Origin: Candidatus Pampinifervens sinense
Lineage (GTDB): Bacteria > Aquificota > Aquificia > Aquificales > Aquificaceae
DNA length: 64,000 bases
Assembly (NCBI GenBank): GCA_037927135.1
Contig: JAXSPP010000006.1
Location: forward strand, 1 to 64,000
Reading direction: 5' to 3'
The first letter of the stretch is position 1, and every line of letters starts with the position of its first letter. Position numbers and translations under genes: made by a program. Shown piece after piece: positions 39,572-50,617 of the stretch. Below the pieces are notes generated by a model. It worked only from the letters and a program-made list of their open reading frames with translations. It was not told where the DNA came from and did not search any database.

Positions 39572-40669
39572 ATGATACCTCAGGAGATCTTAAAGGAAGC
39601 CTTAAGGAAGAATAAGTTAAAGAGTGAAACCTATGGAGACCTTGAATACCTTCGCTTTACCGATGATTTTAAGGAGATACCGAGGGGAACAGTTCTTTTC
39701 AAAGACACTGTAATCTGGGGCTATCCTCATATAGGTAGAATATTCCAGCTTTCTACAGGTATAAAGGAACAGTTTGAAGGGCCCTTTTGGGTGGAGGAGA
39801 AGGTAGATGGCTACAATGTAAGAATATTTATGCACAACGGTGAAGTTTATGCTCTCACAAGGGGTGGGCACATATGCGCTTTTACCACAGATAGGATAAA
39901 GGACTTTGTAAATCTGGAGGTCTTTGAAAAGTATCCTAACCTTGTTCTATGCATGGAGGTTGCAGGACCTGAGAATCCCTATGTGGAAGAAAGTCCGCCT
40001 TATATCAAAGAAGATGTGGCTTTTTTCCTTTTTGACATAATGCAAAAGAATCAATCTGGCTTTCTACCCTACAGGGAAAAGTTAAGAATCATAGAAGAAT
40101 TTGGTCTTCCGAGCGTAGAAAGGTATGGCCTATACACCCCCGATCAAGTGGAAGAGCTAAAGAAGCTCCTCAGAAGACTGAACGAAGAAAAGAAAGAAGG
40201 TGTTGTGCTAAAAGAAGATTCTCAGAGGGACAAAAGAGTAAAGTACATAACAAGCTATGCAAACCTGAACGATATAAGGGTAACCTCCCTCAATATGCTT
40301 GGCTTGCCCGCAGACTACTACACAAACAGACTTTTGAGACTTGTGCTCTTTTTGGAAGAGGAAGGAATAGAAGCGGACGAAGAACTAAAAAAGGAGCTAG
40401 GAAGAGCTTTTCTTGATGGACTTTTTGAAGCCTGCAGGATGGCTAAGGAAGAGGGAAAGGTTTATAGAGTCTTTAGGTGCAGGTTCAGAAGCAGGGAGAA
40501 GGCCCTAATATTCCTAGAACAGATTAAACATGCTTCCGTTCATATACAGGTCAATATGCTATCCCTTGAGAAAGAGGGGGACTTTTGGGTGCTTGAGTTT
40601 GAAAAGGTCTTCCTAAATATGACTGGCCTTTTAGGCTACCTTTTAAAGGGTGGGTCCCTTATAGACTAA
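39572..40669 (+). CDS. ATP-dependent RNA ligase, Rnl3 (Pab1020-like) family
   Basis: GYPHIGRI, motif I EEKVDGYNVR, TRGG, EVAGPENPY, FLFDI, EGVVLK, VKY. Confidence 0.88.
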   Translation: MIPQEILKEALRKNKLKSETYGDLEYLRFTDDFKEIPRGTVLFKDTVIWGYPHIGRIFQLSTGIKEQFEGPFWVEEKVDGYNVRIFMHNGEVYALTRGGHICAFTTDRIKDFVNLEVFEKYPNLVLCMEVAGPENPYVEESPPYIKEDVAFFLFDIMQKNQSGFLPYREKLRIIEEFGLPSVERYGLYTPDQVEELKKLLRRLNEEKKEGVVLKEDSQRDKRVKYITSYANLNDIRVTSLNMLGLPADYYTNRLLRLVLFLEEEGIEADEELKKELGRAFLDGLFEACRMAKEEGKVYRVFRCRFRSREKALIFLEQIKHASVHIQVNMLSLEKEGDFWVLEFEKVFLNMTGLLGYLLKGGSLID

Positions 40670-40672
40670 ACT

Positions 40673-41257
40673 CTACAGCAAGCTTTCAAGCATATGTCTA
40701 AATCCCTTTGGGTCTATAAGTTTTATGCCTACTTTGTCTGCCCAGCTTCTTAGGCCCTCATCGCCAGACACCAAAATAGCATCAAGCTCGTAAGCAAGCA
40801 AAAGCACATCAAGGTCCTCTTTACTATCTATTATGCCAGCCCTTAGGGCTTCTCTATACTTCTCCCTTAGCTTGTTTATGAGCCTTCCCACATCTTCCTC
40901 GCTAAGCCTTCCCGCTTCCTTTGTGTGCTCTTCTGCGATCCTTAGCCCTTTGTTTATCCTGTATCGTACCTCTTCTATAAATTCATAGAGGAACTCCGCT
41001 GGCACCATCAGGTTAAACCTTCTGGGAGACCTTATCCTTACCGCAAGCTCAAACTTTGGCCTAAGGCTTCCAAGATCTACCATTTTGTTGAACTCTTCAT
41101 ATACGGATGTGGGCATATAGAACTTAGCCCTGCTGTGAAGTGCCAAAGATATGAAGTTCTCTATAGCTCCTATCTGATCCTTTTCAAACTGGGTGTATAT
41201 GTCTGGATTGGTAAAAATGCTTGTATCCAGCACAAAAATTTCTATGCCCTTTTCCAT
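40673..41257 (-). CDS. RNA-free ribonuclease P (HARP, Aq_880 family, PIN-like)
   Basis: [56 protein letters not shown]. Confidence 0.93.
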   Translation of the reverse strand: MEKGIEIFVLDTSIFTNPDIYTQFEKDQIGAIENFISLALHSRAKFYMPTSVYEEFNKMVDLGSLRPKFELAVRIRSPRRFNLMVPAEFLYEFIEEVRYRINKGLRIAEEHTKEAGRLSEEDVGRLINKLREKYREALRAGIIDSKEDLDVLLLAYELDAILVSGDEGLRSWADKVGIKLIDPKGFRHMLESLL

Positions 41258-41292
41258 AGATTTATATTTTATAGCCAAAGAAAGGCTAAAGA

Positions 41293-41328
41293 ATTGCAGA
41301 AGTTTTAAAAAGGTCTGGATTGCTTTAA
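41293..41328 (+). repeat. Remnant 3' end of a paralogue of the 41373-41738 gene (imperfect direct repeat)
   Basis: Reads [11 protein letters not shown]; 28/36 nt identical to 41703-41738 ([11 protein letters not shown]). Confidence 0.7.
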
Positions 41329-41336
41329 GGTTTAAA

Positions 41337-41365
41337 TTGACAGATACTTCCCTAAAGCTTATGAT
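41337..41365 (+). promoter_or_regulatory. Sigma70 promoter, leaderless-type
   Basis: TTGACA-N17-TATGAT, then 7 nt to ATG 41373, no Shine-Dalgarno. Confidence 0.7.
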
Positions 41366-41372
41366 TTTAACT

Positions 41373-41738
41373 ATGAGAAAGGTATTTTTACTGCTTGTAG
41401 CGTTGCTAAGCTTTTATAGTCTTTCCACAGCCAAGGAAGTGCCTTTTACACAGGAGGATAGGGATAGGCTTATAAGGTTAGAGGAAGGTCAGAAGTTTTT
41501 ACAAAAGCAGATAGACAAACTCAGAAGCGATTTTAGAACTTATATGAGTATAGTGATAGGAAGCATTATAGCCCTTGTGGGATTTATCATATGGGATAGA
41601 AGAACTGCCATATCTCCAGTGGTGAAAAAGACAAGGGAACTTGAAGACAGAAGCGATAAAATTGAAAAAGTCCTAAAAGATTTAGCAAAAAGAAATCCAG
41701 AGATAGAGGAAGCTTTAAAAAGGGCTGGATTGTTATAG
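41373..41738 (+). CDS. Uncharacterised exported coiled-coil membrane protein (signal peptide, coiled coil, TM, coiled coil)
   Basis: MRKVFLLL signal, [20 protein letters not shown] ending WDRRT, C-terminal coiled coil; 121 aa. Confidence 0.8.
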   Translation: MRKVFLLLVALLSFYSLSTAKEVPFTQEDRDRLIRLEEGQKFLQKQIDKLRSDFRTYMSIVIGSIIALVGFIIWDRRTAISPVVKKTRELEDRSDKIEKVLKDLAKRNPEIEEALKRAGLL

Positions 41739-41807
41739 TTTGATTTGTTTGGAAATAGATTTTTAAAGTGTTAAAATTTCCACAGAACAACCTAAGGAGG
41801 CGGGCCT

Positions 41808-42739
41808 ATGAAAAGGCTAACATCCGCTCTTTTTGGGTCCTTACTCTTTGTTTCTGCCACCTTTGGGCAGAGTGTGGTTGTGGAGTGTTTTAATTTACGT
41901 AAAGCTGGGGATTACCAAAGGGCAATAGAGGCTGGGCAGAGGGCAGTAAGGATGTTTCCTAATAGTGTGGATGCAAACTCTTGCCTTGGGGCGAGTTATC
42001 TGAAAGTTGGAGAATTAAAGCTTGCAGTTGAGTATTTAAAGAGGGCGGAAAGCTTGACAAGTGATAAATTGCGGTTGAGTGCAATATATAACCTATTAGG
42101 GTGGGCATTACATCGTATGGGCGACCTCGATTCTGCTTTGTATTACTATAGCAGGAAATTGCCCATAGACAGAGAGCTTGGAGATAAAGAGGGCGAGGCG
42201 GCGGCGCTTGACAATATTGCTTTGATATACCAAGATAAAGGGGACTACGATAAAGCTCTTGAATACTATCAACAGTCTTTGGACCTTACAAAGGATGATA
42301 AGGAAAAAGCAACCAATACAATAACATGGCTACTCTATACTCAGCTAAAGGAGACTATAACAAGGCAATAGAATACTATCAAAAAGCCATTGAACTTGGA
42401 GAAAGAGTAGGAGATTACCATGGAGTAGCACAGACATATCTAAACCTTGGCGATACTTACAGGGAAGTTAGAAACTACGAGTTTGCAGAGGGATACCTTA
42501 CTGAGGGTCTTAAAAGAGTTCAAAGGGTGGGAGATAAGTATTTGGAGGCTTATGGCTATGGATACTTAGGGCTTTTATACAAAGATAAAGGAAATAACAA
42601 GCTTGCTATAGATTACCTTACCAGAGCTTACAATCTTTTTAAAAGCATAGGGGCACAAGCTGATGCTGAAGGGGTAAAGGCGCGTCTCCTTATGCTTGGT
42701 GTTAATCCAGATAAATCACAGAGGGGTAGAAGGAGATAA
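41808..42739 (+). pseudogene. Secreted TPR-repeat protein split by a 1-nt deletion near 42315
   Basis: Signal peptide and TPR repeats across two ORFs; GCA ACC AA TAC AAT AAC ATG restores the TPR pattern ATxYNNMA if one base is added. Confidence 0.8.
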
Positions 42740-42968
42740 GGTAAAAAACTCCTACAAAATTTGTATTTGTTGATTTGTTGTATTATATACTCAAAGAGGG
42801 ATAACCCTGTATGGTGTTTTTAGACTATTTGTAGGAATTCTAATTGATATGTTTTTTTCTATGCTGGTGTGGTTTTTATGCAAAAACCCCTCAGTATTAA
42901 CTCCTCTCCCTAAACTTAACAAAATTACCCCACTTTGCTTTATTTAAACCGTGTGGGGGCAAAGAGAG

Positions 42969-43247
42969 CTATGGTTTACCTTCTAAAGCGGTACCAATAG
43001 CAACCAAGATAAATCCAACAAGCATGCCACCATACTGAACAATAACCACAGACCAATCACCCAAAGCAAAACCAATATAGAAAGGAGCAACGGCAAATAC
43101 AATGGGAAACAAGACCATACCGAGTATAAAAGCTCAAACTCCCCAGGTTTTTACTACTATGGCAATACTTGAAAGGAAGCCTATTAACGATGCAAGTATA
43201 AAAACAACGCCTCCAAGGATCTGAATTAACCTTCCAAGAACCTGCAT
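42969..43247 (-). pseudogene. Small 3-TM membrane protein gene with an in-frame TGA (43134-43136)
   Basis: AAGGAGG RBS; MQVLGRLIQILGGVVFILASLIGFLSSIAIVVKTWGV*AFILGMVLFPIVFAVAPFYIGFALGDWSVVIVQYGGMLVGFILVAIGTALEGKP. Confidence 0.7.
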
Positions 43248-43316
43248 AACAACCTCCTTACCATTTTAGGTTATTAGGTTATTATTTAGGTAAGAAAAAA
43301 TTATAAAAACTATTAG

Positions 43317-43493
43317 AAGAAAATTCAAATAGTGCCACCCGCAGTGGTGCAAGATGTTCTAAATTCATATTGGGAGAAAGAACAACCTGGATTACCCATG
43401 AGGACAAATTTATCTGGTGTAGAAATTGCCTTGCTAGTAATTATTGCAACTATAACAGTTATGGTAATAATTGGTAGTTTCATACCAGAGTAA
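43317..43493 (+). pseudogene. C-terminal remnant of a membrane protein gene
   Basis: ..QIVPPAVVQDVLNSYWEKEQPGLPMRTNLSGVEIALLVIIATITVMVIIGSFIPE*; no RBS, preceded by an in-frame stop. Confidence 0.45.
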
Positions 43494-43496
43494 TTT

Positions 43497-43763
43497 ATGA
43501 AAATTGTAAGGGAGGCATCAATTAAAGAGATTTTGATTTTACTTGCTGGTGTGTGGGTTTCCTTTGGCATAGGCTACTTTGACAACGCAAGGCCCTATAA
43601 GGACGCATGAGGTAATAGCTATAAGCATTATGATAACCTATGTAAAGATACGGATAGAGACGGAGTGATAAACTACTTTGATTACAACGACAGAAATCCA
43701 TACATTCAAAACAAGTATCAAAAAGACCTGTTTAGGATAAACAACAAAAAGTGGTATAGGTAA
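43497..43763 (+). pseudogene. Small secreted protein with DxDxDG Ca-binding-like motif, in-frame TGA (43608-43610)
   Basis: MKIVREASIKEILILLAGVWVSFGIGYFDNARPYKDA*GNSYKHYDNLCKDTDRDGVINYFDYNDRNPYI..; GGGAGG followed by ATT suggests a mutated ATG. Confidence 0.65.
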
Positions 43764-43830
43764 TACTTGCTAAAAGCCTACAGGCTAAACCATTCTATTC
43801 TCCACTTCCAAAAACCTATATTTATATCCT

Positions 43831-44679
43831 ATGTATAGGGACCTAAACCAGCAGACGCAAAAGGACCTAAAGGAGTATTTTCAAAACCAAGACTATATGA
43901 TTATTGCCGTTCCAAAGGAGGACCTCATAAGGGTCTATGCCCTCAGAGCTACCAATACGGTGGAGACGGCAAGGAGGCTCCATTCCTTAGAAGGTGAGGA
44001 GCTAAAGCTTATGGCTTATAGCATACTATCCGCCTTGCTTTTGACTTCTCTGGTTAAGCATGCCACAAACCAAAAGGTGCTTTTCAAAATACAGAACGAT
44101 AGTGGTGTGGTGGTGGCTGAGGCGGATGGCATGGGAAGGGTAAGGGGTTTTATGGAGGGCTATCCTTTGGAGGACTGGTCTTCTGGAACCCTTACGGTGG
44201 TAAAGGAGCTAAGGCTTGGCACACCCTATACAAGCATAGTGCCAGTGGTGGGAAGGGATGTGAAAGAGGCCCTTTCCTATTATTTTGAACAGTCGGAGCA
44301 GACAAGGACCTACATAGACATGCTTGTAAAGACCGATGGGGAAAGGATTAAAGAGGCCTTGGCCTACTTGGTGCAGGTCTTGGGCGGTGCAAGGGAGGAG
44401 TCGGTCCGCAAAATAGAAGAGAACATAAAAAGCCTTAGGCTTGAGGGCCTGAGGCCCGAAGATATTGCCATGGCAATCCTGAAGGACATGGAGCCGAGGC
44501 TCATAGGCCTAAAGGAGATAGAGTATTACTGTCCTTGTTCTGAAGAGATTGCAAGGTCAAGCCTTTTGCTTTTGAGCGAGGAGGAGCTGGAGGACATTTT
44601 AAACGAAGGGCCTGCAGAGGTGGTGTGCAAGTTCTGTAAAAAGATATACAGGTTTAGCAGAGAACAGCTTATGTTATAA
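43831..44679 (+). CDS. hslO: Hsp33 redox-regulated chaperone
   Basis: ARRLH, YFEQSEQ, zinc-centre CPCS..CKFC. Confidence 0.92.
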   Translation: MYRDLNQQTQKDLKEYFQNQDYMIIAVPKEDLIRVYALRATNTVETARRLHSLEGEELKLMAYSILSALLLTSLVKHATNQKVLFKIQNDSGVVVAEADGMGRVRGFMEGYPLEDWSSGTLTVVKELRLGTPYTSIVPVVGRDVKEALSYYFEQSEQTRTYIDMLVKTDGERIKEALAYLVQVLGGAREESVRKIEENIKSLRLEGLRPEDIAMAILKDMEPRLIGLKEIEYYCPCSEEIARSSLLLLSEEELEDILNEGPAEVVCKFCKKIYRFSREQLML

Positions 44680-44761
44680 TTTTTATAAGACCGCACCTTT
44701 CCCAGTTGGGTTGCCCTTAAATAGGGTTCGGGAAAGGGTGGCAAAACCCAAGGAGGTAGCG
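44672..44761 (+). promoter_or_regulatory. rpsB extended -10 promoter and structured S2-autoregulatory leader
   Basis: TGtTATAAT 44672-80; stem CACCTTTCCC(44694-703)/GGGAAAGGGTG(44730-40); TTGGGTT(44706-12) complementary to AACCCAA(44745-51) beside the SD. Confidence 0.7.
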
Positions 44762-45589
44762 ATGGCAGTAGTGTCTATGAGAGAACTTTTAGAGGCTGGT
44801 GTCCACTTTGGACACTCAAAGAGCAGATGGAATCCAAAAATGGCACCCTTCCTTTACGGGGTGCGCAATGGCATCCACATAATAGACCTAAATAAGACCA
44901 TAGTCTATCTTGAGCAGGCATACCATTTTGTGGCAGACAGTGTGGCTCAGGGTGCGGAGGTGCTTTTTGTCGGCACAAAGAAGCAGGCAAAGGATGTGAT
45001 AAAGGAAGAAGCCGAAAGGGCTGGAGTTCCTTATGTAAACGAAAGATGGGTTGGAGGCCTTCTTACCAACTTCAGAACGGTGCGTAAAAGTATATTGAGG
45101 TTGCATACCCTTGAGAGGATGGAAGCGGAAGGTGTTTTTGATGTGCTTCCAAAGAAGGAGGTGAGAGCCTTAAAGAGAAAAATGGAGAGGTTGAGAAAGC
45201 TCTATGGTGGCATTGTAAATATGGAAAGGCTTCCCAACATCCTCTGGATTGTGGATACAGTAAGGGAACATCTAGCGGTAAAGGAGGCTAAAAAGCTGGG
45301 CATTACAGTGGTGGCCATAGCAGATTCCAACTGTGATCCAGACCTCATAGATTACCCTATACCGGGCAACGATGATGCCATTAAGTCAATAAAGCTTTTG
45401 ACTTCTAAGATAGCCGATGCGGTAATTGAAGGAAAGCAAAGAAGAGAAAGCCTAGGAGAAGCTGCAATAGAGGTGCCAAGAAGAAGGGTCATAACGGTAG
45501 AGGAAGAGGAAAAGGCGCTGTTTGAAAAGGCTATGGAGATGTCCGAAAAGTATGAATACATAGACAAGGGTGCAGAAGAAGAAGAGTAA
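44762..45589 (+). CDS. rpsB: 30S ribosomal protein S2
   Basis: [34 protein letters not shown]. Confidence 0.98.
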   Translation: MAVVSMRELLEAGVHFGHSKSRWNPKMAPFLYGVRNGIHIIDLNKTIVYLEQAYHFVADSVAQGAEVLFVGTKKQAKDVIKEEAERAGVPYVNERWVGGLLTNFRTVRKSILRLHTLERMEAEGVFDVLPKKEVRALKRKMERLRKLYGGIVNMERLPNILWIVDTVREHLAVKEAKKLGITVVAIADSNCDPDLIDYPIPGNDDAIKSIKLLTSKIADAVIEGKQRRESLGEAAIEVPRRRVITVEEEEKALFEKAMEMSEKYEYIDKGAEEEE

Positions 45590-45602
45590 AGGAGGTTAAA
45601 GG

Positions 45603-47182
<1,580 letters not shown>

Positions 47183-47198
47183 TTAAGGAGGGAAAGCC

Positions 47199-47744
47199 AT
47201 GATGGAGGACATATTTAAGAGCGCAGAGGAGGATATGAAAAAGGCTGTAAACCACTTTAAAGGTGAGATAGCTGGGCTGAGAACAAGCAGGGCTAGCACC
47301 TCTTTGGTAGAGGAGCTAAAGGTAGAATACTATGGTACAAAAGTGCCACTAAAACAGCTAGGAACTATAAGCGTAAGCGATGTAAATCAGATAACCATCC
47401 AGCTTTGGGATAGCAACGCTGTAGCCAATGTGGAAAAGGCCATCATGGAAAACCTAAACCTAACCCCACAAAGGCAGGGCAACATACTAAGGGTAAACTT
47501 ACCACCTCTTACAGAAGAGAGGAGAAAGGAGTTGGTAAGGCTGTTGCATAAGATGGCTGAGGAGGCAAGGGTGGCAATAAGGAACATAAGGAGGGACGCT
47601 AAAGAGATGATAGAGGATATGGAGGGGGTTTCTGAGGATGAGATAAAAAGGGCGTTGGAGAAGCTTCAAAAGCTCACAGATAAGTATATAGAAGAGGTGA
47701 ACCAGCTTGCCCAGGCAAAAGAAAAAGAGATAATGGGTAGCTAA
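47199..47744 (+). CDS. frr: Ribosome recycling factor
   Basis: LRTSRA, YYG, PPLTEERR, RVAIRNIRRD. Confidence 0.98.
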   Translation: MMEDIFKSAEEDMKKAVNHFKGEIAGLRTSRASTSLVEELKVEYYGTKVPLKQLGTISVSDVNQITIQLWDSNAVANVEKAIMENLNLTPQRQGNILRVNLPPLTEERRKELVRLLHKMAEEARVAIRNIRRDAKEMIEDMEGVSEDEIKRALEKLQKLTDKYIEEVNQLAQAKEKEIMGS

Positions 47745-47764
47745 AAGGTTTTATATTATTCACT

Positions 47765-48061
47765 ATGGATTTCCCCGAGCTTTTGGTTATACTGGCCGTT
47801 GCCTTTATATTCTTAGGACCAGAAAAGATGGTAGAGGTGGCCACCAAGCTGGGAGAGTTTTTACGCAAAGTGAGGGAAACATGGGATGAGATAAGGTACC
47901 AGCTTTACGTGGAAAGCATTAACAAGAAGATAATGGAGGAAAGTAAAGAGGAAGAAACATACCAAGAGGAGAAGGAGGTGAAAGAGGAAGATGGAGCCCT
48001 ACGAACTTCCCAAGATGCCCCTGACGGAACATCTGAGGGAGCTAAGAAGCAGGCTGATTAA
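47765..48061 (+). CDS. tatB: Twin-arginine translocase TatA/TatB-family subunit
   Basis: ELLVILAVAFIFLGPEKM; directly upstream of tatC. Confidence 0.82.
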   Translation: MDFPELLVILAVAFIFLGPEKMVEVATKLGEFLRKVRETWDEIRYQLYVESINKKIMEESKEEETYQEEKEVKEEDGALRTSQDAPDGTSEGAKKQAD

Positions 48062-48749
48062 ATCCATACTGGCCTTCTTTATAGGAACAGGTATAGCCTT
48101 CTACTTTGCCAACTACATCTTTGAAGTGCTAAAAGAGCCTGTCAAGAGGTCCTACCCAAAGGTGGAGCTTATCACCCTATCACCCACAGAACCCCTCTTC
48201 ATCCTACTCAAAATATCCGTTGTCTTTGGCTTCATCCTTTCTTCCCCATTCATACTCTACCAGCTTTGGAGGTTTGTAGAACCCGCACTATACCCTAACG
48301 AGAAGAGGCTTATAATCCCCATTACCCTTGTTTCCATAGTCCTTTTTCTGCTTGGAAGCGCCTTTTCCTATTTTATAGTCCTTCCAATGGCCCTGAAGTT
48401 TCTCCTAGGTATAGGCCTCTCCCAGCTTCAAGCCACACCCTTTCTCTCTGTAAACCTATACATCTCCTTTTTACTTAAGATGATCGTTGGCTTTGGCATA
48501 GCCTTTGAACTTCCCGTAATCATCTTCCTCCTTCAGAGGGCGGGTGTGGTCAGCGAGGAACAGCTCAAATCTTTCAGGAAGTACTTTATAGTTATAGCCT
48601 TTGTGGTAGGTGCCCTTATAGCTCCAGATGTGACCACGCAGGTTCTTATGGCCATACCCCTTATCTTGCTGTATGAGATCTCTTTGCTTGCAGGAAAGCT
48701 GGGCAAAAGAAAACAGAAGGTAAAGGCCATTGAGGTGGTGCAAGAATGA
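47991..48749 (+). CDS. tatC: Twin-arginine translocase TatC
   Basis: MPLTEHLRELR, WRFVEPALY, FELP, APD. Confidence 0.96.
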   Translation: MEPYELPKMPLTEHLRELRSRLIKSILAFFIGTGIAFYFANYIFEVLKEPVKRSYPKVELITLSPTEPLFILLKISVVFGFILSSPFILYQLWRFVEPALYPNEKRLIIPITLVSIVLFLLGSAFSYFIVLPMALKFLLGIGLSQLQATPFLSVNLYISFLLKMIVGFGIAFELPVIIFLLQRAGVVSEEQLKSFRKYFIVIAFVVGALIAPDVTTQVLMAIPLILLYEISLLAGKLGKRKQKVKAIEVVQE

Positions 48750-49690
48750 AAGTGCTTATAACGGGAGCAACGGGCTTTATAGGAAGGTATATAGTAAAGG
48801 AACTGCTATCAGAAGGCTATGAGGTGGGCTTTCTTGTAAGAAGTGTGGAAAAGGCCCATAGACTTTTTGGGGATAGGGTAAGGCCCTACAGGGTAGATTT
48901 TGAGGACACAGCCTCCCTTGAAAAAGCTTTTTTAGACTTCTCCCCAGACTTTCTTATACACCTCATCGGTATACTTTTGGAAGACAAAAGACATGGACAG
49001 ACCTTTATGAGGGTTCATTACCTTTATGCCAAAAACCTATACCGAGTTGCGAAGGATTATGGAAAGATAAGGAAGGTTGTGCATATGAGCTCCCTTGGAA
49101 CCCATAGGGATGCTCCCTCCATGTATCACAGAACCAAATACATGGCGGAGGAAGAACTAAGAAGGTCTGGGCTAAATTACACCATATTGAGGCCTTCCAT
49201 AGTGCTAGGACCAGAGCAAAGGCTTTTTTATGACATGTGGCGCATTACCAAGTATATAAGGCTTGTGGCATTGCCCGGTGGTGGCTCTTACCTTTTCCAG
49301 CCGGTGGATGTGAGGGATGTGGCCTGTGCCTTTGTGAAAGCCCTTAGCCTAAAGGAGAGCGATGGGAGAACTTATGAGCTTTGCGGTAACAAGAGGGTAA
49401 GCTTTAAAGAGCTACTTGAGGACATCTTTAGCGCATGGAAAAGAAGAGTTTTACTCCTTCCTGTGCCCAAAGTTTTTATGTACCTTGCAGGCCTACTGAT
49501 AGAAAGAATTATACAGCCGCCACCCTTTAGCTCAGACCAGATGCTTATGATGTGGAGGGACAATGTGTGCGGTCTTGACCCAGAGGTGGAAAGCCAAGGC
49601 GTGCAAAAGCTATGTGGAAGGGAGCCAATTCCCTACGAGGATTCTTTAAAGTGGAGCTTGGAAGAGTTTAGGAGGCGTATAAATGCCTGA
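48746..49690 (+). CDS. NAD-dependent epimerase/dehydratase (NDUFA9-like)
   Basis: TGATGFIG, HMSSLG, YHRTK, FQPVDVRDVA. Confidence 0.88.
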   Translation: MKVLITGATGFIGRYIVKELLSEGYEVGFLVRSVEKAHRLFGDRVRPYRVDFEDTASLEKAFLDFSPDFLIHLIGILLEDKRHGQTFMRVHYLYAKNLYRVAKDYGKIRKVVHMSSLGTHRDAPSMYHRTKYMAEEELRRSGLNYTILRPSIVLGPEQRLFYDMWRITKYIRLVALPGGGSYLFQPVDVRDVACAFVKALSLKESDGRTYELCGNKRVSFKELLEDIFSAWKRRVLLLPVPKVFMYLAGLLIERIIQPPPFSSDQMLMMWRDNVCGLDPEVESQGVQKLCGREPIPYEDSLKWSLEEFRRRINA

Positions 49691-50612
49691 CCTTTCTGTG
49701 GAGCTCTTTGGCGTAAGGTTCAAAAACCCTGTATGGGTGGCCTCTGGCACCTTCGGCTATGGCTTGGAAGCTCTGGAACTCTACGATATATCAAAGCTTG
49801 GTGCTGTGGTTACAAAGGGTATATCCCTTAGGCCAAGGCAAGGAAACGCACCGGAGAGGATAGCTGAAACCCCCTGCGGTATGTTAAACTCCATAGGCCT
49901 CCAAAACCCAGGAGTGGAAGGCTTTTTAAAGAAGATATACCCGGAGATAAAAAAGATAGACACCCACTTTATAGCCAACGTCTTTGGGGAGGAAGAAGAA
50001 GAGTATGTAGAAGTCTGTCTTGCCCTTGAGGAGGCAGATAAGATAGTGGCCTATGAGCTAAACGTTTCTTGTCCCAATGTAAAAAAGGGTGGCATGCTCT
50101 TTGGGCATGATCCAAATACTTTGAGAAGGCTTGTAGAAAGGGTAAAGTCAAAGGTCAAAAAGCCTGTGCTTGTAAAGCTCTCACCCAATACAGGGGACAT
50201 AGTAAGCTTTGCCAAAGTATGCGTAGAAGCTGGTGCAGACGGCCTTGTACTGATAAATACCTTGCTTGGCATGAAGATAGATACAAAGAGCCAGAGGCCT
50301 GAGCTTTCCACCCTTATGGGTGGGTTATCTGGCCCAGCCATACTTCCTATAGCCGTAAGGATGGTTTGGGAGGTCTTTTCATACCTTGGCTCCTCCATCC
50401 CAATCATAGGCGTGGGAGGCATATACGACACGGACTCTGCCCTGCAACACATCCTTGCTGGAGCTATATGCGTGCAGGTGGGAACGGCCAACTTCTTTGA
50501 TCCTTTCGCACCTTTAAAGATCATTGAAGGTATAGAGGAGTATATGCAACAGAGGTCTATGGAGAAATTTACTGACCTTGTTGGGAGGGCCCATAGGCTT
50601 GTGATAAGGTGA
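49683..50612 (+). CDS. pyrD: Dihydroorotate dehydrogenase family 1B catalytic subunit
   Basis: KNPVWVASGTFG, NSIGLQNPG, ELNVSCPN, VKLSPN, GGLSG. Confidence 0.95.
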   Translation: MPDLSVELFGVRFKNPVWVASGTFGYGLEALELYDISKLGAVVTKGISLRPRQGNAPERIAETPCGMLNSIGLQNPGVEGFLKKIYPEIKKIDTHFIANVFGEEEEEYVEVCLALEEADKIVAYELNVSCPNVKKGGMLFGHDPNTLRRLVERVKSKVKKPVLVKLSPNTGDIVSFAKVCVEAGADGLVLINTLLGMKIDTKSQRPELSTLMGGLSGPAILPIAVRMVWEVFSYLGSSIPIIGVGGIYDTDSALQHILAGAICVQVGTANFFDPFAPLKIIEGIEEYMQQRSMEKFTDLVGRAHRLVIR

Positions 50613-50617
50613 TGCTT

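Noticed and set aside
41808-42739. Diversity-generating retroelement target (internal DNA repeats in the TPR gene)
   Set aside because: Similarity reflects ordinary TPR repeats; no reverse transcriptase or template repeat with adenine-specific mismatches in the window
42740-42968. Possible ncRNA or MITE in the gap (TCCTACAAA/TTTGTAGGA and CCCCAC/GTGGGG inverted repeats)
   Set aside because: Repeats are short, with no target-site duplication or second copy in the window; could be chance or a decayed terminator
43325-43570. 81-aa minus-strand ORF from the track
   Set aside because: Better explained as the shadow of two plus-strand gene remnants
43608-43645. Selenocysteine codon with SECIS after the TGA
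   Set aside because: No stable SECIS-like hairpin and no redox-motif context; a Trp nonsense mutation is more parsimonious
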